From a bacterium (GTDB taxonomy: Bacteria > Patescibacteriota > Microgenomatia > Curtissbacterales > GWA2-41-24), in contig JAKAJD010000001.1 of NCBI GenBank assembly GCA_021813945.1, positions 432,412 through 496,411 on the forward strand: DNA of 64,000 bases, read 5' to 3'. Positions 20,157 to 28,321 of the stretch are shown one piece after another. The notes under the pieces were generated by a model, which saw only the letters and a program-made list of their open reading frames with translations, made no database searches and had not been told where the DNA came from. Numbering within the stretch: the first letter of the stretch is position 1; every line of letters starts with the position of its first letter. Position numbers and translations under genes: made by a program.

Positions 20157-20844
20157 CTCTTCCTATCATATACCCTTCTAAACCTGGCTTGCCCTCAATA
20201 AAGTTGATGCCTGCCTTGCCCATTGCAAACGCAGAAGTTGCAAACCTGTCTGCTTCGTAAACATCCGAGCCTACAACAGTTAGGCTTTTAACGTGATTTT
20301 CCAAATGTCCGTTCGGATTATAAATATGGTCTCCCCGCTCATAAGTGCCGGACGTTGCAACTCCCCCGTCTGCAATATTTATTACTTTTACAATTTCCCC
20401 GCTGTTAAATGGGTTTTTTATACCAACCCTCCAAGGCCTCAAATATTTATTCAAACCCCGGGTTTGAATATCCCCCCCGGCATCAATATAGTAATTTTTG
20501 TAACCTTCCAAATCTAAAATCCTACCTGCATTATAGATTGCCCACCCCTTCACAATTCCCGAAGGGTCCATCACCCCGTTGCGCCAAATGTCGAAATATC
20601 CATTAGATTCCCTCTTTGTTTTTTCTGCAAGCTTCAATATCGTCCACATACCTTCACTGTAGTCTTTTTTATGAATCTCACCCCTGTTAATTCGCGAAAC
20701 TTCACTATCCTTTTTATATGGGCTGAATTTCGAATCTACATATCTAAAATAGGCAAAAACTTTATCAAACGACTCTTTTCGGCAATAACCATCGACTACC
20801 TCCAGTGTTATATGCATCCCCATTATGTTTTTTGTTCTCTTCAT
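20101..20844 (-). CDS. apbE: ApbE-family FAD:protein FMN transferase (flavin transferase)
   Basis: N-terminal MGMHITLEV (MGT-type start). C-terminal ATSGTYERGDHIYNPNGH, the typical ApbE C-terminal motif. Its ATG overlaps the upstream stop as ATGA. Confidence 0.7.
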   Translation of the reverse strand: MKRTKNIMGMHITLEVVDGYCRKESFDKVFAYFRYVDSKFSPYKKDSEVSRINRGEIHKKDYSEGMWTILKLAEKTKRESNGYFDIWRNGVMDPSGIVKGWAIYNAGRILDLEGYKNYYIDAGGDIQTRGLNKYLRPWRVGIKNPFNSGEIVKVINIADGGVATSGTYERGDHIYNPNGHLENHVKSLTVVGSDVYEADRFATSAFAMGKAGINFIEGKPGLEGYMIGRDGLATFTSGFSRYVISGA

Positions 20845-21347
20845 GTTCTTGCCTTTGCTAGCGCAGAACCCAGCGACTGAATAAATGCCCTGCTGGAATC
20901 ACTCGCCCCGGAAACTATATCCACACTGGCGCTTTGCGCCGCTATTGCTTCCTGCTTTAAATATGGCATCGCCTGAGTGTTAATTTCGACGGAGGTTCTT
21001 CTATCGTGCGGATAGTCCAAAAACGTAACATCCGCTATCTTTCCACCGGAAATCGAGACTGCTACCTGAATATTCCCGTAATAGGCATCCGCCGAACTAC
21101 CGGTGTATTGACCATCACGATACTGGCCTGAAGGTTTTGGGGTAGGTGGCGCGCTGACGGGAGTACTCACAGGTTGCCCGAGCGGCGTAGGGCTAGAAAC
21201 AGCTCCTGGTGTAGGTGAAGTACTTGGAAAGGCTTTTGCTTGATCCGGAGAAAAGGCCTGGGTATCCAATTTGCCCCCTATTCCTTTATGCAGCGCGTAA
21301 AAAATAAAGGAAATAACTACAAATGCAGATAGCGAAACCTTTCTCAT
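20841..21347 (-). CDS. Exported FMN-binding-domain protein: a signal anchor, a Pro/Ser/Thr linker and an FMN_bind domain carrying the candidate flavinylation motif DIVSGAS
   Basis: An N-terminal hydrophobic anchor, a PTP-rich linker, and a C-terminal DxxSGA(S/T) motif characteristic of ApbE substrates. Translationally coupled to apbE. Confidence 0.6.
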   Translation of the reverse strand: MRKVSLSAFVVISFIFYALHKGIGGKLDTQAFSPDQAKAFPSTSPTPGAVSSPTPLGQPVSTPVSAPPTPKPSGQYRDGQYTGSSADAYYGNIQVAVSISGGKIADVTFLDYPHDRRTSVEINTQAMPYLKQEAIAAQSASVDIVSGASDSSRAFIQSLGSALAKART

Positions 21348-21389
21348 CCGAGTGAGTATATAAGTTATAACTGAGAAAATCCTTAAACG

Positions 21390-21418
21390 TTACTTAGCTC
21401 TTGCCAATTTGCTATAAT
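21390..21418 (+). promoter_or_regulatory. Candidate sigma70-type promoter for ddl (TTACTT-N17-TATAAT)
   Basis: A perfect -10 hexamer lies 16 nt upstream of the ddl ATG. The -35 is weak. Confidence 0.25.
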
Positions 21419-21434
21419 CCTCAAAGCCCGCATT

Positions 21435-22427
21435 ATGCCAAAAACAGTAGCAGTAATCTTCGGTGGCAAATCCGCAGAACACGAAGTATCTGTAATCTCA
21501 GGAAAAAGCGTCGCCAAAAACTTAGACCCTAAAAAATTTAAAGTCCGTCAGATTTTTATAGATAAAAAAGCTATCTGGCACAAAAACGGCAAAAAACAGA
21601 CAGCGGAAAGCTGTCTAAAAGGCGCAGATGTTGCATTTCCTGTCCTTCACGGCAACTACGGTGAAGACGGAACCATCCAGGGCTTATTTGAAATGCTAAA
21701 TGTCCCCTACGTTGGCTGTGGTGTTACCCAATCCGTACTCGGAATGGACAAGGAATTTTCCAAAATTATCTGGCAGCAAAACAGCCTGCCTGTTTGCAAA
21801 TTCAAAGCAGTCACCAAAGGAGACTGGCTAAAAAGCAAAAGGCCCCTTGTAAAAGAAATCCTTAAACTCAAGTTTCCTTTATTTGTTAAACCCGCAAACC
21901 TTGGATCAAGCGTTGGAATCACAAAAGTCAAAACCCCAAAAGACTTGGAAAAAGCAATAAGGCTAGCTTTTTCCTACGGCTATAAAATTATTGTGGAAGA
22001 AGGTGTTGTAGACGCCCGCGAAATCGAGGTGTCGGTTTTAGGAGCCGACACAATCATATCTAGCATTTGTGGTGAAATTATTCCGGCAAATGAATTTTAT
22101 GATTACGAGGCCAAATACAGTGACGTTGGCTCAAAACTTCTAATTCCTGCTCCTATCGACAGAAAAACAGCATCACAAATTAAAAAAACAGCCGAAGAAG
22201 CGTACAAGCTTCTTAACCTCGATAGTTTAGCCCGAGCAGATTTTCTACTCTCCAAAAAAAGTGGCAAATTTGTAATCAATGAAGTTAACACAATGCCCGG
22301 ATTTACCCCAATTTCAATGTATCCCAAACTTTGGGAAGCATCTGGCCTTCCCTATCAAAAGCTTTTAACCAAGCTAATATCAATCGCCGAGCAGAATTTT
22401 CGCCAAAAATCCGGTTGGAAAATTTAA
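21435..22427 (+). CDS. ddl: D-alanine--D-alanine ligase
   Basis: N-terminal VAVIFGGKSAEHEVS. ATP-grasp fold. Length 330 aa. Confidence 0.85.
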   Translation: MPKTVAVIFGGKSAEHEVSVISGKSVAKNLDPKKFKVRQIFIDKKAIWHKNGKKQTAESCLKGADVAFPVLHGNYGEDGTIQGLFEMLNVPYVGCGVTQSVLGMDKEFSKIIWQQNSLPVCKFKAVTKGDWLKSKRPLVKEILKLKFPLFVKPANLGSSVGITKVKTPKDLEKAIRLAFSYGYKIIVEEGVVDAREIEVSVLGADTIISSICGEIIPANEFYDYEAKYSDVGSKLLIPAPIDRKTASQIKKTAEEAYKLLNLDSLARADFLLSKKSGKFVINEVNTMPGFTPISMYPKLWEASGLPYQKLLTKLISIAEQNFRQKSGWKI

Positions 22428-23147
22428 CTATTGGGAAGAAGCACCGTTCACAAATTTATAGCCAACGTTCCACACGGTAATAAAGTGCTGGGGGTCTTTA
22501 GGGTCTTTCTCAAAAGCTCTTCTAAGATTCGAAATTACGTCACTAACCAATGGATACTCACCATCCACCACCTGTTCCAGTTCTTTTTTTCCTATAACTC
22601 TTCCAGGATTGTCTACAAATAGCTCAAGCAGTTTCCAGGCCCTCAATTTAATTCTTAAATCGACCCCATCTCTTGTAAGTGCACGCCCTTTAAAGTCTAC
22701 ATTTACGTCACCAATTTTTATAGGTTTAAGCTCTTCCTTACTAACAAGAATGGGTCTTCTCCTGGCAATAACCGCTCTCATATAAGAAAGGGCTAGTCTG
22801 GAGTTCATTGGGAGAGCTAAAAACTGTTCGGCTCCGGAATCAAGAACTTCTTCTGCGATATCAAAGTTACCGGAAGCAACTGCATACCCGATATTTCTTT
22901 TTTTAAGTTCATCAACGAGCGGCAGTCTATAAGTTTGGTCGTCTAAAACCACGAGCTGAGGCCGTGTTGCCAGGATTCTTCTAGCTCCGTCAAATTTTAC
23001 CGGAAACAGTGTCACATCCAATCCGTAAGTGCCAAATCTCTTTTTCCACTCTTCAAAAGGCTCACGGTTGGAATAAACAACCGCCACCTTATGCCTTTTA
23101 GCCGCTTCCACCAGTCTGCCCGGAAAAACCGCACAACGTTCACACAT
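22428..23147 (-). CDS. Atypical OmpR/PhoB-type transcriptional regulator: a degenerate receiver-like N-domain plus a winged-helix DNA-binding domain
   Basis: C-terminal wHTH (LTRDGVDLRIKLRAWKLLELF...VWNVGYKF). The N-domain lacks the N-terminal DD pair and the conserved Lys. Its stop codon directly abuts the ddl stop. Confidence 0.55.
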   Translation of the reverse strand: MCERCAVFPGRLVEAAKRHKVAVVYSNREPFEEWKKRFGTYGLDVTLFPVKFDGARRILATRPQLVVLDDQTYRLPLVDELKKRNIGYAVASGNFDIAEEVLDSGAEQFLALPMNSRLALSYMRAVIARRRPILVSKEELKPIKIGDVNVDFKGRALTRDGVDLRIKLRAWKLLELFVDNPGRVIGKKELEQVVDGEYPLVSDVISNLRRAFEKDPKDPQHFITVWNVGYKFVNGASSQ

Positions 23148-23208
23148 AGCAGGAAATTATATACTTTTCAGCCTAAAACTCAACTTTCTGCCGGGCAACA
23201 CTTCCCTA

Positions 23209-23238
23209 TTGCAATAATTCTTACCCTAGTAATATAAT
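23209..23238 (+). promoter_or_regulatory. Candidate sigma70-type promoter (TTGCAA-N18-TATAAT) with a very short leader to the 23248 ATG
   Basis: Hexamers read directly from sequence. The -10 ends 9 nt before the start codon, so the transcript would be leaderless or nearly so. Confidence 0.4.
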
Positions 23239-23247
23239 CCGCCCATT

Positions 23248-24357
23248 ATGGCATCGGTGGATCAAGTTGAGCTGAGGGGCAAACCGGAATCGGCCCCATT
23301 TCCCGAACCTGGTATTGTCAGAATTTGGATTTCCAGGGCAACCGCAAACGCAGCCATCTCCGCCCACCAACACGTCCAGAGAATAACAAACGGAGTACCG
23401 CTAGAAGTCGATCATCCTAAAGACCGAAAAAACAAACTCACAGAAGATATAGACAGCGACGCCGTCCCGGCAATGAGGGTTATTCTGGAAAGAGCCCCAT
23501 TCCAGTCTGATTGCAAGGACTCAGAAGGTGGCAAAGAAGCTAGTCCTGAAAAGCTTGGAAAACCGATGCCAACCCTTATTGGTACATTCGGAAATGGAAT
23601 AGAAAAATTAAGCTTTGTAAATGACCCTGTTGAGAACACGACCGCAGCAACCCATGGGAGGGCCAACGCAGTTTCGATAATTGGGCTTACAGACTACAAC
23701 AACATAACCGAAATCCCACTTGTGGAAGATGGTGATAAAGCTCATTACTTCGCAAAACTTTTCGCCCCAAGCTCTTTAAATGGTGTAGTTTCGCTTGAAA
23801 TGTCTACCGCAGAAAATCTCCACGCAGCTATGAAGGAACTGCAAATTCCCGCAAGTCGAATAAGAGTTGCTGTTATGGACCGAAAAGCAAATCTTTCAAT
23901 AATAGAAAGTATCCAAAAAGTCGGAGCAGAATACGTGCCGATTAAATCCGGAGATCTGATGTGGTGTCTTGAGGCAATATCCTCAGACCTCAAAAATCCT
24001 GAAAGACCAATCCTTATGATGGGCCGAGGCGGTGCAGAAGAGGGATCTATTGCTGCAATTGGCGCCCACGCGCGAGGAGCAGTAGGACAACTTAGGGTGG
24101 TACCAAGGGAAGACGAAGAAGCAGACTTGGACATAGTAAAACGTGGACAACTTTGGAATGCCGAGGAATTCATTACCGGCCAAAGTGAGCATTCAATGGT
24201 GATCTTTTCGGCAATTACCAAAAATCTCCATTTCGACATACCGAGCGTTTATGAAGATCCCCAGCACCCAGGCCTCTATGTGGTAACTTCAGCTATTTTT
24301 GATTCTCAGGGAGTCAAATTCAGAACCGATTCATTACGCTTCCAAAAAGCTGCCTAA
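23248..24357 (+). CDS. GlpX-like class II fructose-1,6-bisphosphatase / sedoheptulose-bisphosphatase homolog with an N-terminal extension
   Basis: Segments resemble GlpX (DPVENT versus DPIDGT; VAVMDRKANLSII; LMMGRGGAEEGSIAA). The metal-site residues are partly substituted. Confidence 0.5.
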   Translation: MASVDQVELRGKPESAPFPEPGIVRIWISRATANAAISAHQHVQRITNGVPLEVDHPKDRKNKLTEDIDSDAVPAMRVILERAPFQSDCKDSEGGKEASPEKLGKPMPTLIGTFGNGIEKLSFVNDPVENTTAATHGRANAVSIIGLTDYNNITEIPLVEDGDKAHYFAKLFAPSSLNGVVSLEMSTAENLHAAMKELQIPASRIRVAVMDRKANLSIIESIQKVGAEYVPIKSGDLMWCLEAISSDLKNPERPILMMGRGGAEEGSIAAIGAHARGAVGQLRVVPREDEEADLDIVKRGQLWNAEEFITGQSEHSMVIFSAITKNLHFDIPSVYEDPQHPGLYVVTSAIFDSQGVKFRTDSLRFQKAA

Positions 24358-24373
24358 TTTCCTAAGCAAAAAT

Positions 24374-24925
24374 TCAATTATTTTGCAAAATTTGTGTATC
24401 TCTAGGCGGCCGAGGACGGCTTGCAAATGGCAAAAGTTCTCTACCCACATCCCCAAAAAGCCTTAGATACTCCTCCTCGCCTAAAAAGCGGTAAAAACGC
24501 TCAGGCCCAACAACTGTCCTAAATGGCTCCTCCGATTTAAAATCGAATGACAAATGGGGATCGCAAGGTCTACTAAAATCCACACCGATATTCATTCCGT
24601 CTAATCCTGATTCATTCTTTTGCCTTAGGGCCTGTATCAATACGTCGTGCTTAAAAATGTAAAATTTACGCCTCCAAGAATCCAACCCTTTTCTCTTTGC
24701 GTTTCCAGCTCTTCGGCTTGCAGTTCTCACAAGCTCCGCATACTCATCTACCGTTGTGGCCACAGACAGATCGCGCTCCAAAGCCTTATAGATTGCCGGC
24801 CACTTGCACTCCAACTCCCGGGGGCTCCTTATGGTTTCAATAATATCCGGCCTGTAATAACTGCTAAATCGGGGCCTTGCCTCAACCATAAAAGAAATTT
24901 TACTCTTCGCTTTTTTAGACATCAA
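24374..24925 (-). CDS. Hypothetical Arg-rich protein
   Basis: ORF of 183 aa with no competing ORF. I recognise no motif. Confidence 0.35.
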   Translation of the reverse strand: MMSKKAKSKISFMVEARPRFSSYYRPDIIETIRSPRELECKWPAIYKALERDLSVATTVDEYAELVRTASRRAGNAKRKGLDSWRRKFYIFKHDVLIQALRQKNESGLDGMNIGVDFSRPCDPHLSFDFKSEEPFRTVVGPERFYRFLGEEEYLRLFGDVGRELLPFASRPRPPRDTQILQNN

Positions 24926-24984
24926 GCCGCAATAACCTAAACGGCTGATATCGATATAGGTCGATTCGGGTTAAAATATATCTA

Positions 24985-25203
24985 ATGAAAGTGGCAGTTG
25001 TTGCCCACCCTAACTCAAAACGGCCAAGAGTCGAAAAAGACCTTTTGGGAACCCTGCACGTTTACGTAAAATCCCCGCCCCTGGAAGGAAAAGCCAACGG
25101 AGAGATAATCGATGCTTTATCAGATTATTTCCAAGTTAAAAAATCTCAAGTGGAACTTGTCTCCGGCCAAAAATCCAAAGCCAAACTCTTTGAGATCAGC
25201 TAA
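24985..25203 (+). CDS. DUF167 (YggU/UPF0235) family protein
   Basis: Length 72 aa, with the VKVAVVAHPNSKRPRVEKD...EGKANGE pattern typical of DUF167. Confidence 0.6.
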   Translation: MKVAVVAHPNSKRPRVEKDLLGTLHVYVKSPPLEGKANGEIIDALSDYFQVKKSQVELVSGQKSKAKLFEIS

Positions 25204-25814
25204 TCCCCATGGCCGTCTTCTTGTCTGTTGTGTGATCCTTCTGAACTATCCTTTACCCCTTTTATTTCTCCCTGAACTTCATTGGTTTTTTCGATAACTT
25301 GTTGCAACTTTTCCCTGTCTTGCGAATTACTGCTGTGCTCCTGTGCCTGCCTTAGCTGGTCCTCCTGGTCTTGAAGTGTTGCCTTAAACTCGTCACGACT
25401 TTTCTCGTCCTGCGGTTGGTTTTTACTTTGATCTAAAGTGTTGTTGTATTGCTTAATTGCCTCATCGAAGTTTCCATCGCCCTGACCCGAGGTTTTTATA
25501 ACATCCTGCGTGCGGTTTTCTATCGGCTTTTGGTAATTTCCGCTTAATTTCGCATATAAATTTTCGCTGGCAACCTTAACGGGATAAAGGAAATCACCCG
25601 GTGCCGCAGCCCGCGAAGTTGTTACAACACCGCCAAATATCAAGGCTAAAAACAGCGCCGCCAGAGAGATTCGCCTAAAAACGAGCCAAAAGCTTCCAAA
25701 CTTGCGATCCATAAGCTGGGATCGGACATTGGTCCATCCGTTATAAATTAGATAATCCGGAGTTTTTGTCTCCTGATATTCTCGCTTTAACCTACTAAAT
25801 TCACTATCAAGCAT
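25200..25814 (-). CDS. Putative anti-sigma factor / DUF5667-like membrane-anchored partner of the upstream ECF sigma
   Basis: One TM helix (FWLVFRRISLAALFLALIFGGVV) followed by a helical extracytoplasmic region. It overlaps the sigma gene by 8 nt. Confidence 0.5.
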   Translation of the reverse strand: MLDSEFSRLKREYQETKTPDYLIYNGWTNVRSQLMDRKFGSFWLVFRRISLAALFLALIFGGVVTTSRAAAPGDFLYPVKVASENLYAKLSGNYQKPIENRTQDVIKTSGQGDGNFDEAIKQYNNTLDQSKNQPQDEKSRDEFKATLQDQEDQLRQAQEHSSNSQDREKLQQVIEKTNEVQGEIKGVKDSSEGSHNRQEDGHGD

Positions 25815-26349
25815 GATCCTCCTCCATTAAATCTTTTAATTTTTTTATAATTCTGTGTGTCCTCACTCTTAGTGCTCCTTCTCTAATTCCAACAACTTTG
25901 GCAATCTCTGCTCCAGACAGTTCTTCAAAATAATGAAGGACTATTATTTGTCTTTCTTTTTCGCTTAATATCGATATTGCCTTCTTTAACCTCTTGTTTT
26001 CGTCTTTCCTGTCAAGATTTTCTGCCAAATCCTCACTGCTTGCCAGGTTTTGATAATTTTCCAAAGATGCATTTTTTTTCTTTCTCGAAGCGTCAATTAT
26101 TAAATTTCTGGCAATTCGAAAAAGAAACGCCTGCAGCGATCCACCTTTTTTGATAGAGAACCCCGGTAGAGCTTTCCATGCCCTAACAAATGTTTCCTGG
26201 CAAATGTCCTGGGCAATAACAGCATCGTAGGTATTAAACTGGCAATACCTATATATACGCTGGTAAAACTGGCTGTATATTTTCCCATATGCATCTCGGT
26301 CCCCTTCCTGTGCCAAGATGATAAGTTGGGTCAGGTCATCCATTGGCAC
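25807..26349 (-). CDS. ECF-type sigma-70 family RNA polymerase sigma factor
   Basis: Region 2 (YGKIYSQFYQRIYRYC...AQDICQETFVRAW) and region 4 (ELSGAEIAKVVGIREGALRVRTHR) are present. Length 180 aa. Confidence 0.8.
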   Translation of the reverse strand: MPMDDLTQLIILAQEGDRDAYGKIYSQFYQRIYRYCQFNTYDAVIAQDICQETFVRAWKALPGFSIKKGGSLQAFLFRIARNLIIDASRKKKNASLENYQNLASSEDLAENLDRKDENKRLKKAISILSEKERQIIVLHYFEELSGAEIAKVVGIREGALRVRTHRIIKKLKDLMEEDHA

Positions 26350-26432
26350 ATTCTACAATATTTCCTACATCTTTAAACGTAAAACAAGGCAAAATGTAAC
26401 ATTTTTGGCGAGGATCCGTTTTACTTTTCAGA

Positions 26433-26894
26433 ATGTACAAAAAACTTTTACCGCTCCTAACTCTCGCATTTATACTTATAGCAACACCGGTTTTAGCAAA
26501 TGAAGACAGCAACAAACCGCAAAACCACGGATTCTTTGTTTCCGCAGAAGCACACGAACATGAGGGCGGAGCCGCAGTTTCCGCAGTTGCCAAATCAGAC
26601 ATCGGCAAGCATCACGACGAAGATGAAAACGAAAATGAAGATGAAGACTTGGACGATGATGACAACATAATCGTTTCTCCAAACCCAAGCGCTTCTCCTA
26701 TCGTATCGCCCAGTCCAACAGTAGAGCCATCTGCAACTCCAAGCCCGAGTGTTCTACCTTCAGCATCACCAAGTCCTTCTGTTTCACCAAGCCCGAGCCC
26801 AACTGCAACAGTGACAGTCAACACAAATGTTATCCAAGGATTAATCGACCAGCTAAATAACCTCATAGCAAGCCTCAAGAACCTGCTTTCGTAA
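26433..26894 (+). CDS. Secreted low-complexity protein: signal peptide, an acidic HHDEDENENEDEDLDDDDN block and SP(S/T)-rich repeats
   Basis: Signal peptide MYKKLLPLLTLAFILIATPVLA. Repeated SPSPS/SPTV units. Divergent from the ECF sigma operon. Confidence 0.5.
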   Translation: MYKKLLPLLTLAFILIATPVLANEDSNKPQNHGFFVSAEAHEHEGGAAVSAVAKSDIGKHHDEDENENEDEDLDDDDNIIVSPNPSASPIVSPSPTVEPSATPSPSVLPSASPSPSVSPSPSPTATVTVNTNVIQGLIDQLNNLIASLKNLLS

Positions 26895-26914
26895 AATGCA
26901 CGATCCAGAAAAAT

Positions 26915-28246
26915 TTAAGATCTGAATTTTGCGCGGTTAAAATAGAGCCAAGCACCAGATGCTAAGACCATAACAACACCAAGCCTAAGCGCTAAATCCG
27001 TCCCGAAGCGATCAGATACAAGTCCAACTTCAAAATTTCCTATCGGGAAAAATCCCAAAAACGTAATGGTATAAAGACTCAAAACTCTGCCTCGATACCT
27101 ATCTTCGACTAGATGCTGAATCGTGCTATTTATGGTTGGAAACACCATTAAAAGCCCGAACCCGACAAAAAACAAAAGTACGAGTGCCAAAATAAAATTT
27201 GCAGTCATTGTAAAAAGTGTGAGAGACAAAACAAAAAGAACAGTGCCGGAAATCATATAAATAAACGGCTCAAATTTATTGCCAAGCGCAGAAACAATCA
27301 TTGCCGCCAAAAACGCCCCCACACCGGAAGCCGCGTAAAGTTGTCCTAAACCGCTTGGGCCAACATGAAACGTGTTTTGTGCAATAACCGGCATCATTGT
27401 GGAATATGACCAGCCGAAAATCGAAACAATTCCTGAATAAATCAAAAGGGGTTTTATGACAGGATGGGAAAGCGAATAAGAAACACCTTCACGTATAGCC
27501 TGAATCGGATGCGGATGCACATCGTGCGTCTTAAAAGCAGCAAGCCTCATCAAAATTAAAGCTACAATTACCGCAATATAAGAAATTCCATTTATAATGA
27601 AGGCTCCTCCAACACCAACCAGGGCAATCAAAATTCCCGCAACACTAGGCCCGATTACGCGCGCTCCATTCCAGGTTCCGGAAACAAGCGCTATAGCAGA
27701 AGAGATATGTTCCTTCTCCACCATTTCGCCGACAAATGCTTGCCTGGCCGGTGCATCTAGTGCATTCACAATTCCTAACAAAAACGCCAAAGTAAAAATT
27801 TCAGAAATATTTATTAGATGAAAAACAGTTAAAAATCCGTAAATCAATGCCAGAACCATCGAGGCACCTTGGGTAAAAAACAAAATATTGCGCTTGGGTA
27901 ACCTGTCTACTATCACCCCTCCAAAAAGTGCCAAAACCAGAGTCGGCAAGGTGGCCAAAGCCGCAACTGCTCCCACATAAAACGCCGAATGGGTGATCTG
28001 AAAAACCAAAAATCCCTCGGCAACTATTTGGAGCCAGGTACCGATTAAAGAAACCAGCTGACCAAAAAAGTAGAGGCGGAAATTGCGGTTACTTAAAGCA
28101 GGAAATACACCTAAAAATTTCAATGCCCAACCACCTGCCTCGCCTACCGAGATTTCGGAAGATTCAGAAATGATATACTTTTCGCCAGCGGAAAATTCCC
28201 CGCTCCCATCATTTTTTTGCTCCATTGGATCATTATAAACTTCCAA
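26915..28246 (-). CDS. MFS transporter
   Basis: About 12 TM helices and a DRLPKRN-type motif after TM2. Length 443 aa. Confidence 0.8.
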   Translation of the reverse strand: MEVYNDPMEQKNDGSGEFSAGEKYIISESSEISVGEAGGWALKFLGVFPALSNRNFRLYFFGQLVSLIGTWLQIVAEGFLVFQITHSAFYVGAVAALATLPTLVLALFGGVIVDRLPKRNILFFTQGASMVLALIYGFLTVFHLINISEIFTLAFLLGIVNALDAPARQAFVGEMVEKEHISSAIALVSGTWNGARVIGPSVAGILIALVGVGGAFIINGISYIAVIVALILMRLAAFKTHDVHPHPIQAIREGVSYSLSHPVIKPLLIYSGIVSIFGWSYSTMMPVIAQNTFHVGPSGLGQLYAASGVGAFLAAMIVSALGNKFEPFIYMISGTVLFVLSLTLFTMTANFILALVLLFFVGFGLLMVFPTINSTIQHLVEDRYRGRVLSLYTITFLGFFPIGNFEVGLVSDRFGTDLALRLGVVMVLASGAWLYFNRAKFRS

Positions 28247-28321
28247 GTCCTAAAAAACCCATCTCGCCAAAGTAGCCATATTGTCTAAGCCATCTGGAAA
28301 AACCGTCGCAGTCAAAGTAAA

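Noticed and set aside
23412-24239. 84-aa and 164-aa antisense ORFs inside the GlpX-like gene
   Set aside because: They lie opposite a gene with a good promoter and family resemblance. Their composition is biased (Ser/Pro/Ala-rich), typical of reverse-frame artefacts.
26476-26878. Two antisense ORFs (70 aa and 88 aa) across the SP-repeat secreted protein gene
   Set aside because: Repetitive DNA yields long ORFs in several frames. The plus-strand product has a clean signal peptide, so I kept that one.
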